DNA of 55,963 nucleotides from an uncultured virus (IMG/VR IMGVR_UViG_2061766007_000563) (Duplodnaviria; Heunggongvirae; Uroviricota; Caudoviricetes). The notes beneath the pieces were generated by a model. That model saw only the letters and a list, made by a program, of their open reading frames with translations, had not been told where the DNA came from and did no database searches. A program made the position numbers and the translations under genes. Shown piece after piece: positions 54,521 to 55,963 of this stretch. Within the stretch, counting starts at the first letter, position 1; the number at the start of each line of letters is the position of its first letter. Location of the stretch: IMG/VR virus record IMGVR_UViG_2061766007_000563; one strand, 5' to 3'.

Positions 54521-54637
54521 GCCGGCGAGAAGTAAAACCAATAAGAACGTTAAATGTTAAATAGGAACTTCTTATGCCGTAAATTCTAAGAGGTGCGACT
54601 CTAATGGCTCCAGTCCGGAATGAAACCCGTTTAGCTA
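54521..54637 (-). ncRNA. Degenerate fourth motif-bearing element (5' end in gap)
   Basis: Begins TAGCT, contains GCA-TAAGAA-GTTCCTAT, ends CTCGCCGGC like RNA 2; no canonical T arm. Confidence 0.45.
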
Positions 54638-54722
54638 NNNNNNNNNNAAAGACTTATAAGGACGGTGACGAGATTACGGTCGCCGAAGCAATGAATTTAG
54701 GTTTTAAACACGTAAAAGCAGA

Positions 54723-55460
54723 ATGAACTACTTACAATTAAATGATAAGGGAAAGCTCGGGCATGATGAGCAGAAGCTCGCCGATTATTTCGGTGAGGGA
54801 AGATATACCACGTTCTATAAGAAGCATTTTCTTCAGAACCGGTTTCATCTCTATGCTGTTGATTTTATTGCCGGTGAAATTCCTGTCATGTTCAATGCTA
54901 TGAAGAAATGCAAGATTCTTTATAAGCATGACGATTATCCGGAGCCGTTACAGAAATATCTGAAACGCCGTATCTGGGAAGGAAGTCTTGGATATATGAA
55001 GGATAAGGCATTTAATGGCGAGCTTTCAAAATCTGTATTTATCAAGCCGAAAGATAAGCTCAAGAAGTTTACCGGTTTCGTATTGAATTCATTGGATGAT
55101 TGGTTTCTTACGGACGGTGCTTCTGACAGTACCAGAATTATTTGCTCGGATCCGGTAAAATGGGTTACTGAGTATCGTATTCCGGTTATTAACGGCGAGG
55201 CCAGGGACTATTGCAATTATTTCGGCGATCCTAATGTCATGGTAAATAAGTCGGTAGTGAACGACATGGTGAAAGCCTGGACGGATTCTCCTAAAGCTTA
55301 CTGCCTTGACGTAGGTGTTCTCGATAACGGTGAGACCGCTCTTATCGAGGTAAATGACGCATTCAGTTGCGGAAGCTATAATATGAGCAGCCAGACCTAT
55401 GGCGAGCTTCTTGTTACACGTTGGAACGAGTTGAAGAACTATGGACTTTTTGAGAGATAA
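54723..55460 (+). CDS. ATP-grasp domain protein (DUF4343/R2K-like), divergent allele of 50757-51447
   Basis: Same motifs and same upstream gene end (..EAMNLGFKHVKAE). Confidence 0.85.
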   Translation: MNYLQLNDKGKLGHDEQKLADYFGEGRYTTFYKKHFLQNRFHLYAVDFIAGEIPVMFNAMKKCKILYKHDDYPEPLQKYLKRRIWEGSLGYMKDKAFNGELSKSVFIKPKDKLKKFTGFVLNSLDDWFLTDGASDSTRIICSDPVKWVTEYRIPVINGEARDYCNYFGDPNVMVNKSVVNDMVKAWTDSPKAYCLDVGVLDNGETALIEVNDAFSCGSYNMSSQTYGELLVTRWNELKNYGLFER

Positions 55461-55963
55461 AATCGATAGTATGGCTGCATTAGCTGCGTTTAATTCTGAA
55501 CTGAAAATGGCTGAAGATTTTTTCGATTTACGTGGAATACCGCATCAGACAGATGGATTTTATAATGACCAGATTTATGGCGGTCCGGTTGTAAGCGGGG
55601 TAATCGAACATCCTATTTTCAGCGAGTTATGCTTTCGTAATGTTAGACTTCCTGGCATGAATATAATGATTCGTTATATTCCGCGTCATGGATATAAGTT
55701 TACGCATATCGGTGGATTGGATATGAGAAACAAACTTATATTATCTAACATATCGAAAGAATGTACTTATGTTTCNNNNNNNNNNCGCATCAGACAGATG
55801 GATTTTATAATGACCAGATTTATGGCGGTCCAGTTGTAAGCGGGGTAATTGAACATCCCATTTTTAGCGGGTTATTCTTTCGTAATACTAGACTTCCCGG
55901 CATGAATATAATGATTCGTTATATTCCGCGTCACGGGTATAAGTTTACGCATATCGGCGGATT
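55441..55963 (+). CDS. Hypothetical protein (partial, duplicated across a 10-N join)
   Basis: ORF track; sequence repeated after 55785. Confidence 0.5.

Overview
This is an AT-rich metagenomic scaffold from a large T4-like (myovirus/jumbo-type) bacteriophage read in the standard genetic code. A rumen/gut anaerobe host, possibly Fibrobacter, is an inference. Evidence for a T4-like phage: UvsW helicase, UvsY, gp53-like baseplate protein, many TATAAATA late promoters, NrdD/NrdG, tail-fibre/adhesin genes, homing endonucleases and tRNAs. Many 10-N joins flank near-duplicate or inverted gene fragments; these are strain-haplotype assembly artefacts. The most interesting signals are non-coding: (1) a Phe/Glu/Ala-rich 37-aa leader peptide with mutually exclusive terminator/antiterminator pairings directly upstream of a Phe-Glu-Glu-Phe tRNA cluster, i.e. 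an apparent ribosome-sensing attenuator controlling phage tRNAs; (2) a family of tRNA-shaped RNAs whose anticodon loop is replaced by an insert carrying a conserved GCA-N6-(G/C)UUCCUAU motif, also found in their leader hairpins, in a region with RtcB, NADAR and ATP-grasp genes; (3) two unassigned ~300-nt structured RNAs; (4) a covarying three-way-junction element present twice. All structures were paired by eye, and no database search or folding program was run.
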